Shown piece after piece: positions 52,133-61,105 of a stretch of DNA of 64,000 nucleotides. The notes under the pieces are model-generated. The model was not told the origin of the DNA. It saw only the letters and a program-made list of their open reading frames with translations, and did not search any database. Every line of letters begins with the position of its first letter. Within the stretch, counting starts at the first letter, position 1. The stretch is from assembly GCA_963555815.3 (NCBI GenBank), contig CAUVWX020000001.1, positions 896,001-960,000 of the forward strand. The letters run 5' to 3'. Origin of the DNA: a bacterium. GTDB lineage: Bacteria; UBA8248; JACPRG01; G963555815. A program made the position numbers and the translations under genes.

Positions 52133-53408
52133 GTGGTTGGTGGTGGGGCTAGATATCGGAGTTCACTGGCCGACCGTCGAAACCCGCGTACACTTCGAGG
52201 GCAAAGAAATTCTCCTCCGACCTGAGACCGACCGGCTGTCTCCATCGGTAGTTTTCCGGTACGAGCCCCCGATGCGGCAGGAGGAGGCCCTACATCTCCT
52301 TCGGCGGTTTCTGAGTTCACTCACCTGGGTCGAGGGTGGTCATTTACGCGAAATCATGGTCACTGGCGGAAGCCACCCCATTGGGGTGGGCAAGGGACCG
52401 ATGGCCCGCCTCATTAATCCAAAATTCCGTGTCGATTACCTCCCTGGACCAGCTGATACGAAGGCGCGTCTCGCTTTGGCGCTCTACCGGGAAGCCTTAG
52501 GCTTGGACAGCGTGCCCTATCAGTTCCTCGGCTTCTACAAAATCATCAACATCTGTCACAAGGACGGTACTGCTCAGAAGGCGTGGATCAACAATAAGGT
52601 GGACAAACTGGAGGACCACATTGCGCTGCAGCGCCTGACCGAGCTTCGACAGAAGGGCGAAGACGTGGGGAACTATCTCTATGAGTCAGGTCGCTGTGCA
52701 ATGGCCCACGCCTTCAGCGATTCCATTATCGATCCTGACAACCCGGAGGACACAAAACGATTGGCGGAGGACCTCCGACTGATGAAGGCACTCGCTGCGT
52801 ACGCCGTCGAGCACGAACTCGGTGTTCGATCAGTCGGGACGATTTGGCACGAACACCTGTACGAGCTTGAAGGCTTTCACGGGCTCCTTGGTGGCGATGT
52901 CCTTGCAATGCTCAAGAGCAAGCAGGCTCTCACCCTAGAGGAGATTCCATCGCTGCCGCGTCTCAGCGTCCGCCTTCGGGATTACGCCCTCTTTGGCGCC
53001 TTTGAGAATCTCCGGGCCAAGCCAGTCGCTGCCGAGAGTGGCCGGTTAATCCTTCGATGTGTATCCGACGACGAACTTCTCGACGCCGCCCTGGGTCTCA
53101 ACTTCGCTGGAGAGCGTCTGGAATTTGACCCGGTGCACGGGGTCGCCATCTATGATGATGGGTCGGTGATTTCGGCGGAGAAGGCCTTGCATCGGGTCCG
53201 GCTTGTCCAAGGGCTCTACTCCAACGGCCAACTTGAGGTTTGGGATTCAGAACAGGAGATTCTACTCGGACGGTGCGATCCATTCATCCCGGTGAACGTC
53301 GATCTCAAGGCGACCGACGAAAACCTCGAACGGATTGCGTCTGCCGTTCTGGCTGAGATTGAGCGGAGACGTGTAGCGAGCAGTGGGCCAACACTCGCTG
53401 TCGAGTAG
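52125..53408 (+). CDS. MauJ-like protein with HEPN RxxxxH motif
   Basis: ALALYREAL...YQFLGFYKII...YLYESGRCAMAHA. Confidence 0.65.
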   Translation: MSEWLVVGLDIGVHWPTVETRVHFEGKEILLRPETDRLSPSVVFRYEPPMRQEEALHLLRRFLSSLTWVEGGHLREIMVTGGSHPIGVGKGPMARLINPKFRVDYLPGPADTKARLALALYREALGLDSVPYQFLGFYKIINICHKDGTAQKAWINNKVDKLEDHIALQRLTELRQKGEDVGNYLYESGRCAMAHAFSDSIIDPDNPEDTKRLAEDLRLMKALAAYAVEHELGVRSVGTIWHEHLYELEGFHGLLGGDVLAMLKSKQALTLEEIPSLPRLSVRLRDYALFGAFENLRAKPVAAESGRLILRCVSDDELLDAALGLNFAGERLEFDPVHGVAIYDDGSVISAEKALHRVRLVQGLYSNGQLEVWDSEQEILLGRCDPFIPVNVDLKATDENLERIASAVLAEIERRRVASSGPTLAVE

Positions 53409-53446
53409 GGCGAATGGCACTGGTGCAGCAAAGGGCGCTTCACATC

Positions 53447-54583
53447 TTAGGCTTCTTTCCTTGCTGATTTTGGATTGGGTACGCATAAAAGATTGTCCAC
53501 GGCCTGCCTGTTGGCTCCCGGGACTAAATGGCCGTACACATCCACGGTCATCTTAATCGACGAGTGGCCGCACTGTTCCTTGACGTAGACCAGAGACTCG
53601 CCGTTCTGGAGCAAGAGGCTGGCGAAGGTGTGACGGAAGGCGTCGTGCGGCCGCATCCGCCGAAGACCCGCCTTTTCCAACACTCGGTAGAACACCCGCC
53701 GCCGGAAGTTTCCTAGTTCCATAGGGGTTTGGCCTGACTCGCTCGGCCAGACCCAAACCGGCATTTCGCCCCGCCCTTTTGCCAGGGCCTCCCGCTTGCA
53801 CTCCAGCCGCAGCCTTTCCAGACACTCGGCTAAAGGCTCGGCCATGTCCACTCGGCGAATCTTCCCGCTCTTCGTCTCTCCCCGGTCGCCGTCCAGGACA
53901 CCGCGCCGCACCTCAATGAACCGCCCACGAAAATCCAAATCCGGCCATTGCAGGTACAGCAGTTCACCGAGCCTCAAGCCCGTATAGATGCCCGTCATGA
54001 ACAATGCGTGCCAGCGGGGGAAATGGCTCTCGGTCACCGAAAGGAGATGGATCCCCTCTTCGCGCTTCAGGAAATCGAACACGGCGCGCTGATCCCTTGC
54101 TCTGGGGAAGTGCTTGCTGAGCCCCATGGCCGGGTTGTCCGCAATGAGGCCGTCTTCCCGTGCCTGCTCAAGCGCCTGCCGCAAGGGCGCGATGACATTG
54201 TTGATGGTGGATCGGGCCTTCCCTTCCGCCCTCATGGCCTCGATGACCCGGCGCACGTCTGGCCGCGTGAGGTCGGTCAACCGAACACTGCCGATTAGGG
54301 AATAGGCGTGCACGCGAAGCATCCGCGCATAGTTCTCCCGCGTCCTCTCCCGGCAGGTTGCCGAGTATCGAAGCCACCTTTCCACCCGCTCCCGGACGGT
54401 CTCGGTTGATGCCAGCTTCTCCCGGATCGGAAACTCCCCCAGGGCCAGCTTGGCCTCCAGTTGTCGCTTGACCTCCAGGGCCGCCTTCTTGTCCCCGATT
54501 CTTTTTGACGTTCGCTGACCCCGATGGTTCACGAAAACCCACCAGGGGCCGCCTCCGACCTTTTGTCGAACAGTCGCGCCCAT
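53447..54583 (-). mobile_element. Phage-type tyrosine integrase
   Basis: TGLRLGEL, TKSGK, HDAFRHTFAS, GHSS..TVDVYGHL; AGGAGG RBS. Confidence 0.93.
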
Positions 54584-54706
54584 GTCCTTTCGCCTCCTAG
54601 TTACTGTATGACCTCATCCAACCGACCCATTTGCTCCAAGACGTGCGCCAGTTGTTGGTAGGGAGGCGTAACATTGCCTGCCTGTCCGGGCAGCCTCCCC
54701 ACCGAC

Positions 54707-54940
54707 GCCGTCAACTAGGCTGACATCGCCCACCGGGGGAGCCTCACCCGGGCTCGGGTAGTGCAGGTCATGGGCATGCTCCGCCTCGCGCCGGAGATCC
54801 AAGAACACATCCTCTCCCTGCCCGACATGGTCCGTCGGCCCGCGATCAGCGAGCGTGCCCTTCGTCCCATCGCCCAGATCGAGAGCGCCCGAAGGCAGGT
54901 AGACGAATTCCAGAAGCTCCTGACCCTATCTACTTCTTGA
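54707..54940 (+). pseudogene. Remnant of an island-associated HTH protein with in-frame TAG
   Basis: Hand translation AVN*ADIAHRGSLTRARVVQVMGMLRLAPEIQEHIL...ERALRPIA; stop at 54716-54718; no 5' part. Confidence 0.55.
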
Positions 54941-55202
54941 GCTTCCCCTGCATGGCCTTGTTTACGGACTTCCCGCCGGCCTTGACGTTCGCCACCGAAC
55001 GCCCGTACGGATCACGGGCCACCGTGTCGATGATGACCTCTTCGCCTTGAATCAGCTTTCGCAGGGCCTCTGTGGCCTTGCCAGCTCCCGGCCGGCCTTT
55101 CTCTGGCGCATCCACGTTTGCCAACCGCACCGGGTTCTTCCGGCTTGCCGTCTCAAATGTGTCGCCATCGATGACCTTGGTGACCTTTTCTTTGCGTGCC
55201 AT
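54930..55202 (-). CDS. Small thermonuclease (SNase-like), no signal peptide
   Basis: VIDGDTF, VRLANVDAPE, DPYGRSVA motifs. Confidence 0.85.
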   Translation of the reverse strand: MARKEKVTKVIDGDTFETASRKNPVRLANVDAPEKGRPGAGKATEALRKLIQGEEVIIDTVARDPYGRSVANVKAGGKSVNKAMQGKLKK

Positions 55203-55214
55203 ATTCACACCCTC

Positions 55215-58130
55215 CTACTCCTGTTTCGATTCCCCATCCGGCTCCCGCTGGATGTCCGCTTCGTCCAGAGGCTCTTCGACGGCGTTGCGAAGCCATGAGG
55301 GATCGAAGCCAGCTGTACACGTTCCCTCGACGTTCAGGTCGACCTTGCCCTCATCCGACTTGTCCGCGAGGTTCGCGATAGCGGGGAAGACCTTGAAGAT
55401 CTGGTCCCTGGTGGCCTTGAACTTGAGGCGGACGGTGCTCTGCCGGCGAGCAGCTGGTGTACCCTGAGTTGGGGCAGGCGCGCCGCCCGATTCCCCCGGT
55501 TGGACGGGTGTCCCCGGTGCCGGAGTTGGGGCCCCCGGTACGCTCGGGACAGCGCCCGGCGCGGCCGCCGCCTCGGGAACGGCCGCAGGAACCATGACGA
55601 ACCCGGATTCGAAGTCCACCTCGTCTTCGGCAAGCGTCCTTCCGACCACCACCTTGTCCCGGCCCACCTGGAACCTTCCATCCAAGCCCAGCGCCGGCTC
55701 CGATCCGCTGGTGTACGCGAAGGTTCCCTCCGTCACCCCTCGTGCGATGCCCTTCCGCAGGACGCTCGACGACTCGAGTCGCGGAGGGGCGATGTCCCGG
55801 AAAAAGGACTCCAGCACCTCCGCCGCCCTGATGCCCAGCATCGGGGATTCGCCCGGAGCAACCGGTTCTCCCAGCTTCACCCGCTCTGCGATTTTGCGAG
55901 GGGTGACGCTGCCATGCACACGCGGGGTCCCCACGCTCGTGAGAAGCTCCATGATGCGCTGTTGAATCCTGGCAGCCTGAAGGGGCCGGCCACCACGCTC
56001 CACCCGTTCGACGTCGATCTCACCGCTTTCCACGCGGGGCAGCCACACAGCCGCGTACAGGTCGCGGAAACATGACTCCGCCGCGGCCTCTTCGGTGCGT
56101 CTCCTCTCCTTCAGTTGGTCCAGCTGGTCCTTCGTCAGTCGCAGTTGCTGCTTCTTGGCATCCACGCGCTCGATAGCCAGGAGGTACCGCACCGCGCGGC
56201 GAAGCACCTCGATTTGCTTCTTGTCGGGAATGGCCAACCCGAGACCGTTGCGGTAACGCCTCGGACGATCCCCGTACTTCGACAGCAACTCCTTGGCCTG
56301 GCGATCCTGGTCCGCCTTGCTCTCCCCCGCGAACTCAAGCGGAAGGTAGGCCACCAGAAAGCGCGGGTCTTCATCGGGAATGTCCTGGCTCTTCCCAGGC
56401 CAAACCACCGCCGTGTGGTGTCCCGCGAGCCGAGCGTCGAGCATTTCCTTGGTCTTGTCCCGAACGGGTCCGCGCCCCTTGGCTTGGCCCTCCTCACGGG
56501 ACACGCTCTGTTCCGCGTCTTCGATGAGCTTCGTGACGTTGGGGTCCTTCTTGAAGCAGTACCGAACACCGTCGTAGTGCAGGTAGAGACACGCGTTGCG
56601 GAGCTCGGACAGCACCGCCGTGGCCGTGATGTTGTCGAAGTCGGGACCCAAGCACGCCGCGAGCAGATCGCTCTCTGTCACGCCGGGGGGGAGGGTTTCG
56701 GCGTCGCCCGATCCTTCCCGCCGGAGTCCCCCGAATGAGTACAGGAGAATGGCTGTAGCAAGGCGCGTGGCCGGCTTCACGCTAGCCAGCGCGGGCGTCT
56801 CTCTGGCCATCCGCTCATCTATCCGTTTTGCCCGGGCGTTCGGCCCATCGATGTCCGCCGTGATCACCGGATCGTAGTCGTTCTGAACGCCGAGTTCCTT
56901 CAGCATCTTTACCCGGACGTCCACGTCCTTGAGCGGCACGTCCCCAGGACCCAGGAGCGGCTGGGCACCGCCGTTTCTCTTGAGAGAGTGCAAGCACGAG
57001 GCCAGAAAGCGAAGCGCGCCCCGCGTCCGCTGGAAGGCGTCAACGGCGGTCCAACGCTCTCGCATGACGTCGATGAGCGCCGGGTGGAACGGGTACGCCC
57101 CCCCCATTCGGTCTCGGAGCAGGCGGCCTTCTTCCTCGGCTTGCTGGCGTTCGGCAGGCGTTTCCGCGTGGGCCCTCTGCATTCCGGTAACGACCTCCTG
57201 GTATGAGGTCGCCACATCGGTGGCCGTACCTTGGTCCGGGGCAGCACCGAGGAGGCGACGCTGCAGAATGGGGAGGACCTCGTCCCCGGTGACCGGCTCC
57301 CGAAGCTGATCAACCCGCGCGGCGAGTTTGTCGATCTCGGCGAGCAAGGCGACGTTCCCGAGCGCCTCCCGTGCGCTCCAGGTCAGCGAGTACACGAGCG
57401 CCGCGTTAGTGCTCCCAGACACCTCGACGGTCAGGCTCTGGAAGAAGTCCTTGGCCTGTCGCTGGAGGGTTGAATCGAGCACGCCTACCGCGGCCGCTCG
57501 TTCCATGTATTTCAGCACCTCATCGAGCAGAAGAAGAACTGGACGCCCAGCTGCCCCCTTGGTGAGAACATCTCGAATCACGTCACCGCCAGGAGCCACC
57601 CGATCCTGGTCATGTTCCGCCACGATGGGGAAGGCTTTCTCCGGGTCGATTTGCCAGGCGAGCCAGCCCCACATTGTTCGGATCGTGCGACCACCTTCGA
57701 GCTCCTTTCCGTTGCGGGCGTCGAACTTCTCCCCGTCGAATACCGCAACCGCCACGTTCTTGGGTCGCGCAAACCCCTTCCCTTCGGGTATGCAGTCGAG
57801 TGCCTCCCGCTTGCGGGCGGCGTGGAGGAGCGACGCCAGGGTGTGCGACTTCCCACCGCCGAACGGCGTGCGGAGTTTGAGGACGCGGTTGTAACCCGAC
57901 TTCCCCGCAAGCGATGCCATGACCTCCTCGAGGATCTTCTGAAGATCGGATGTTAGGTACGTTGCCCGGAAGAAGGCCTCGGGGTCTCGGTTCACGACCG
58001 GAACGTTGGGGTCGCCCGAGGCGATGGCTCCGAGGTCGATGGCAAAGACCGCCTCCGTGAGCGCACCCCCTTCGACATCGGGGTGCAACTTGACGAGGTC
58101 AGTCCACGGACGGAGCGCTCGCGTGCTCAT
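55215..58130 (-). CDS. DUF499 family AAA+ ATPase
   Basis: PWTDLVKLHPDV, TPFGGGKSH Walker A, LLLLDE Walker B, YPFHP, FQRTRGALR; ATG at 58130. Confidence 0.88.
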   Translation of the reverse strand: MSTRALRPWTDLVKLHPDVEGGALTEAVFAIDLGAIASGDPNVPVVNRDPEAFFRATYLTSDLQKILEEVMASLAGKSGYNRVLKLRTPFGGGKSHTLASLLHAARKREALDCIPEGKGFARPKNVAVAVFDGEKFDARNGKELEGGRTIRTMWGWLAWQIDPEKAFPIVAEHDQDRVAPGGDVIRDVLTKGAAGRPVLLLLDEVLKYMERAAAVGVLDSTLQRQAKDFFQSLTVEVSGSTNAALVYSLTWSAREALGNVALLAEIDKLAARVDQLREPVTGDEVLPILQRRLLGAAPDQGTATDVATSYQEVVTGMQRAHAETPAERQQAEEEGRLLRDRMGGAYPFHPALIDVMRERWTAVDAFQRTRGALRFLASCLHSLKRNGGAQPLLGPGDVPLKDVDVRVKMLKELGVQNDYDPVITADIDGPNARAKRIDERMARETPALASVKPATRLATAILLYSFGGLRREGSGDAETLPPGVTESDLLAACLGPDFDNITATAVLSELRNACLYLHYDGVRYCFKKDPNVTKLIEDAEQSVSREEGQAKGRGPVRDKTKEMLDARLAGHHTAVVWPGKSQDIPDEDPRFLVAYLPLEFAGESKADQDRQAKELLSKYGDRPRRYRNGLGLAIPDKKQIEVLRRAVRYLLAIERVDAKKQQLRLTKDQLDQLKERRRTEEAAAESCFRDLYAAVWLPRVESGEIDVERVERGGRPLQAARIQQRIMELLTSVGTPRVHGSVTPRKIAERVKLGEPVAPGESPMLGIRAAEVLESFFRDIAPPRLESSSVLRKGIARGVTEGTFAYTSGSEPALGLDGRFQVGRDKVVVGRTLAEDEVDFESGFVMVPAAVPEAAAAPGAVPSVPGAPTPAPGTPVQPGESGGAPAPTQGTPAARRQSTVRLKFKATRDQIFKVFPAIANLADKSDEGKVDLNVEGTCTAGFDPSWLRNAVEEPLDEADIQREPDGESKQE

Positions 58131-61105
58131 TAATTCACCTCCGGCTTTCTCATGTAGTCGAACAGCGTGCCTTCGTCCGTGGCGAGCCGCTGGTCGATGA
58201 GCGTCCGCCAGTTGGCGAGCAGCTTCTTCAGGGCTGCCTGCTCGGCCGCCGTCGTGGCCACCGTGTGCTCCGCGCCGTTGTCCTTCTTGCCCGCGAGGGC
58301 GGTTCCGGCCAGGGCCTGGGCCACCAGGCGCAAGCGTTCCCGGTCGGGCCGAGCCTCGTCGAGGAATCGGTTCAGGTTGCGGGGCTGGTTCTCCACGAGC
58401 CACAGGATGCGGTGCAGGGCATCGACGAGCGGGGCCGGCGCCCCGCCATCGTCCGGCAGTCCCAGTTTCTCGTCTTCCCCCCGCTCCGTAAAGTCCCGAA
58501 GACGGTACTTCCCCTTCTTCTTTTCGACCAGCACGTGCCGCCCGGTTGAGAGGCCCCTATGGCCGTCGAGTTCGACGTTCTGGCCATAGGTGAAAACGAT
58601 AGCCTCGCCGGCCTGCATCTCGGCCGCCTTGTAGGCGTAGCGCCAGAGAACATAGAACCGGCTCGGCCCGTCGACGGCCGCCACGCCGCTACCGGGCAGT
58701 CCGAAGATCTTCTCCAGGAGGGTCTCTAGAACAACGCCTTCCACCTCGGCGAGGAACTTCTCGGCTGGAACTTCTTCACCGTTGTGGTATTCGACACGTG
58801 AGAAGCGCGTGAAGGCACGAAGGCCAGCACCCACAGCAGCGATGACAAGGTCGGCGCCCGTAATCCCCATCTTCCAGAGGGAATCCACGCGCTCGCGGAC
58901 GATCTTTTCCAGTTCTGCGCGAACCTCGTCCTCGTAGGAACCTGTGGCGGATCCTTCACGCTTTCGGGCGATCAGGAAGATGCTAGAGGCTAGGGCGGAG
59001 GAGTTTTGCGCGCGCAAGCGACCCGGCTTTTCAGTATCTATGGGCCATGCTTCCGTGACGGTGAAGTCAGCCTGGCGAAGCGCATCCACCAGGGTGGACC
59101 AACCCAGTGTCGTCTTGTGGGCATAGACTACGATGAGCTGTCCGCCGGGCTCGAGAACCCGGTTGGCCTCAGCAAAAGACTGGGCCATCATGTGCTCGTA
59201 AGCAGCTTTCGCTTTCTCTTTTGAGCCTCCGTAACGCACCGCATTGGCAACTGCTTCGTTCTTCTTCGGCGTCCCGTCTGTGGCGAAATGCTCCGGATAG
59301 AGGTGGCCAATGGTCCGTTTGAGCCAGACGTAGAAAAAATCCGAGATGTCGGCGTAGGGAACGTTGTCGTAGTACGGCGGATCGGTGATGACGGCGGTGA
59401 AGAAGGCATCGGGCCAGTGAAGACTCGTGGCTGAACCTCGCTCCACATTGGCCGTCAAGGCCATCTCGGCATGACGCAAACCTGCGGGAACATCCTCGAT
59501 GCCTGATACCCAGCTAGCCCCATCAGGATTGAAGGGGTTTGACTCGGCAAAGTCCCACACCATTGGCAATGCTTGGCGACCGAACGTATGGACCACGCCA
59601 CGTCCACCGGTATAATTGAAGATACACAAGCTCGAATTGAAATCGGCAAGTCTGTCCACAATGGCGGCCAATATCGTAATAACTGCTTTGACCGCCTGGT
59701 CGCCGTAAGCAACGCGCTTCATCTCCCTCTCCGCCTCGTGCACCGCTGCAGTGAAGGTGAGCAGGCAGTGCATCTGGCGCGGGGTGAAGAGGTCGCCCCA
59801 AGTACGGAGTCCATAGGGGCGAACTGTGATGCCAAGGGTATTATCCCGACAGTCGTCGGGCAGATTTGCGATCGGCTCATTCGGTACCGTGAGCCCCGTC
59901 CGGCCACATAGATCATGAATCCGTCGCCCGACGGCCTCATCGGTCGCCGTGAAGCGTGTCACATCGTCTGTAGACAGGTAGACCTTCCCGCGTGTTCTCC
60001 GGGTGCAGGCTACGGCCATCAACTGCTTTCCCATTCTGCCGTTCCAGCCCTCATCTTTCACATAATCAATGTCCGCCACTGTCCCGCAGAACGGGCACGT
60101 CGCGTTGCCGCCTTTCGAACCGGTTGCGGGATCGAACCCAAGCCCGCGCTCGGATGTCGTCTCGACCACCTCGAACCGCACCTGCTTCTTGCCCTTGGGC
60201 GCAATCATCCTGAGAGCTGCATATCTTCCCTTCTTCTTGCAGAGCCAGGTCTGCTTGACGAGGGGGACCGTTGCCCCGCAGGTTGGGTTCTTGCAGCGGA
60301 CAGTCCGCGTCCACAGGTAGGCCACCGGCATGAGATAGCCCGGAGGCACCTCATCCTTAGCCGACCTCCAGAATTCCGCTTGCGCGTCCGGCCGTCGGCC
60401 TTTGTATTCAGGATCTGGAATGAGGGGGTAGAGGTCGCCGATCTCGGCCTTGACCTTCTTAAGTACCCATTCGCCCCAGTAGCGGACCTCCTCAGCTAGT
60501 CCGCCCCAGGTGGTCTTGCCTTTTTCATTCTTGGGGCCGGTCATGCCCCGAGCGTTCGGGTCAGGCTTACCGTACTTCTGCGGGTAGAAGAGGGTGCAAA
60601 GCTCGACGATGTGGGCCACGGGGTTGAGTTCGAGGGCATATGCCTCACAGCCGAGGCGCAGGGCCTCGAGCGGAATGGCCCCGCCGCCGGCGAACATGTC
60701 CAGAACCTTAGGCCGGGGGACGCGGCCCTCAACTAAGTCCTCTACGGTGACGGTCTGCCCGGCCTCCTTCGACAGTCGCTCCGCGTGGGCTTCCAAAATG
60801 TGCCTTTGTGCCTCGGCGATGGCCTGAGGAGCGCCGGGGTACTTGCACAGGCGTTCCACGAACTTGGCCGCGTTGGCTCGACCAAGGCTATCGCGCTTCT
60901 CTTCCGGTCCATGGGAGGGTCTAAACCGACTGGCCGGCACGAGCGCGCCGTACACAGCCGCTCGACAGGCCACCAAGGGACGCCGCGCCCACCAAAGGTG
61001 CAACGTCGAAATGTGTCCCTTGCGGACGGACTTCTCCCGCGAGGCCTCCTTGCTAATCGCCTGGATGGGCAGGTAGTCCTCGATGAGCCGGCGGTCGTCG
61101 TTCAT
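58130..61105 (-). CDS. DUF1156-containing adenine-specific DNA methyltransferase
   Basis: LHLWWARRPL, DMFAGGGAIPLEA, Zn-ribbon Cys pairs, TDPPYYDN; ATG at 61105. Confidence 0.9.
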   Translation of the reverse strand: MNDDRRLIEDYLPIQAISKEASREKSVRKGHISTLHLWWARRPLVACRAAVYGALVPASRFRPSHGPEEKRDSLGRANAAKFVERLCKYPGAPQAIAEAQRHILEAHAERLSKEAGQTVTVEDLVEGRVPRPKVLDMFAGGGAIPLEALRLGCEAYALELNPVAHIVELCTLFYPQKYGKPDPNARGMTGPKNEKGKTTWGGLAEEVRYWGEWVLKKVKAEIGDLYPLIPDPEYKGRRPDAQAEFWRSAKDEVPPGYLMPVAYLWTRTVRCKNPTCGATVPLVKQTWLCKKKGRYAALRMIAPKGKKQVRFEVVETTSERGLGFDPATGSKGGNATCPFCGTVADIDYVKDEGWNGRMGKQLMAVACTRRTRGKVYLSTDDVTRFTATDEAVGRRIHDLCGRTGLTVPNEPIANLPDDCRDNTLGITVRPYGLRTWGDLFTPRQMHCLLTFTAAVHEAEREMKRVAYGDQAVKAVITILAAIVDRLADFNSSLCIFNYTGGRGVVHTFGRQALPMVWDFAESNPFNPDGASWVSGIEDVPAGLRHAEMALTANVERGSATSLHWPDAFFTAVITDPPYYDNVPYADISDFFYVWLKRTIGHLYPEHFATDGTPKKNEAVANAVRYGGSKEKAKAAYEHMMAQSFAEANRVLEPGGQLIVVYAHKTTLGWSTLVDALRQADFTVTEAWPIDTEKPGRLRAQNSSALASSIFLIARKREGSATGSYEDEVRAELEKIVRERVDSLWKMGITGADLVIAAVGAGLRAFTRFSRVEYHNGEEVPAEKFLAEVEGVVLETLLEKIFGLPGSGVAAVDGPSRFYVLWRYAYKAAEMQAGEAIVFTYGQNVELDGHRGLSTGRHVLVEKKKGKYRLRDFTERGEDEKLGLPDDGGAPAPLVDALHRILWLVENQPRNLNRFLDEARPDRERLRLVAQALAGTALAGKKDNGAEHTVATTAAEQAALKKLLANWRTLIDQRLATDEGTLFDYMRKPEVN

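Noticed and set aside
58131..58403. N-terminal extension of the DUF499 ORF in the track (likewise 61106-61288 for the methylase, 9727-9873 for rtcA)
   Set aside because: Extensions overlap upstream genes or lack family similarity; downstream starts fit RBS or coupling better
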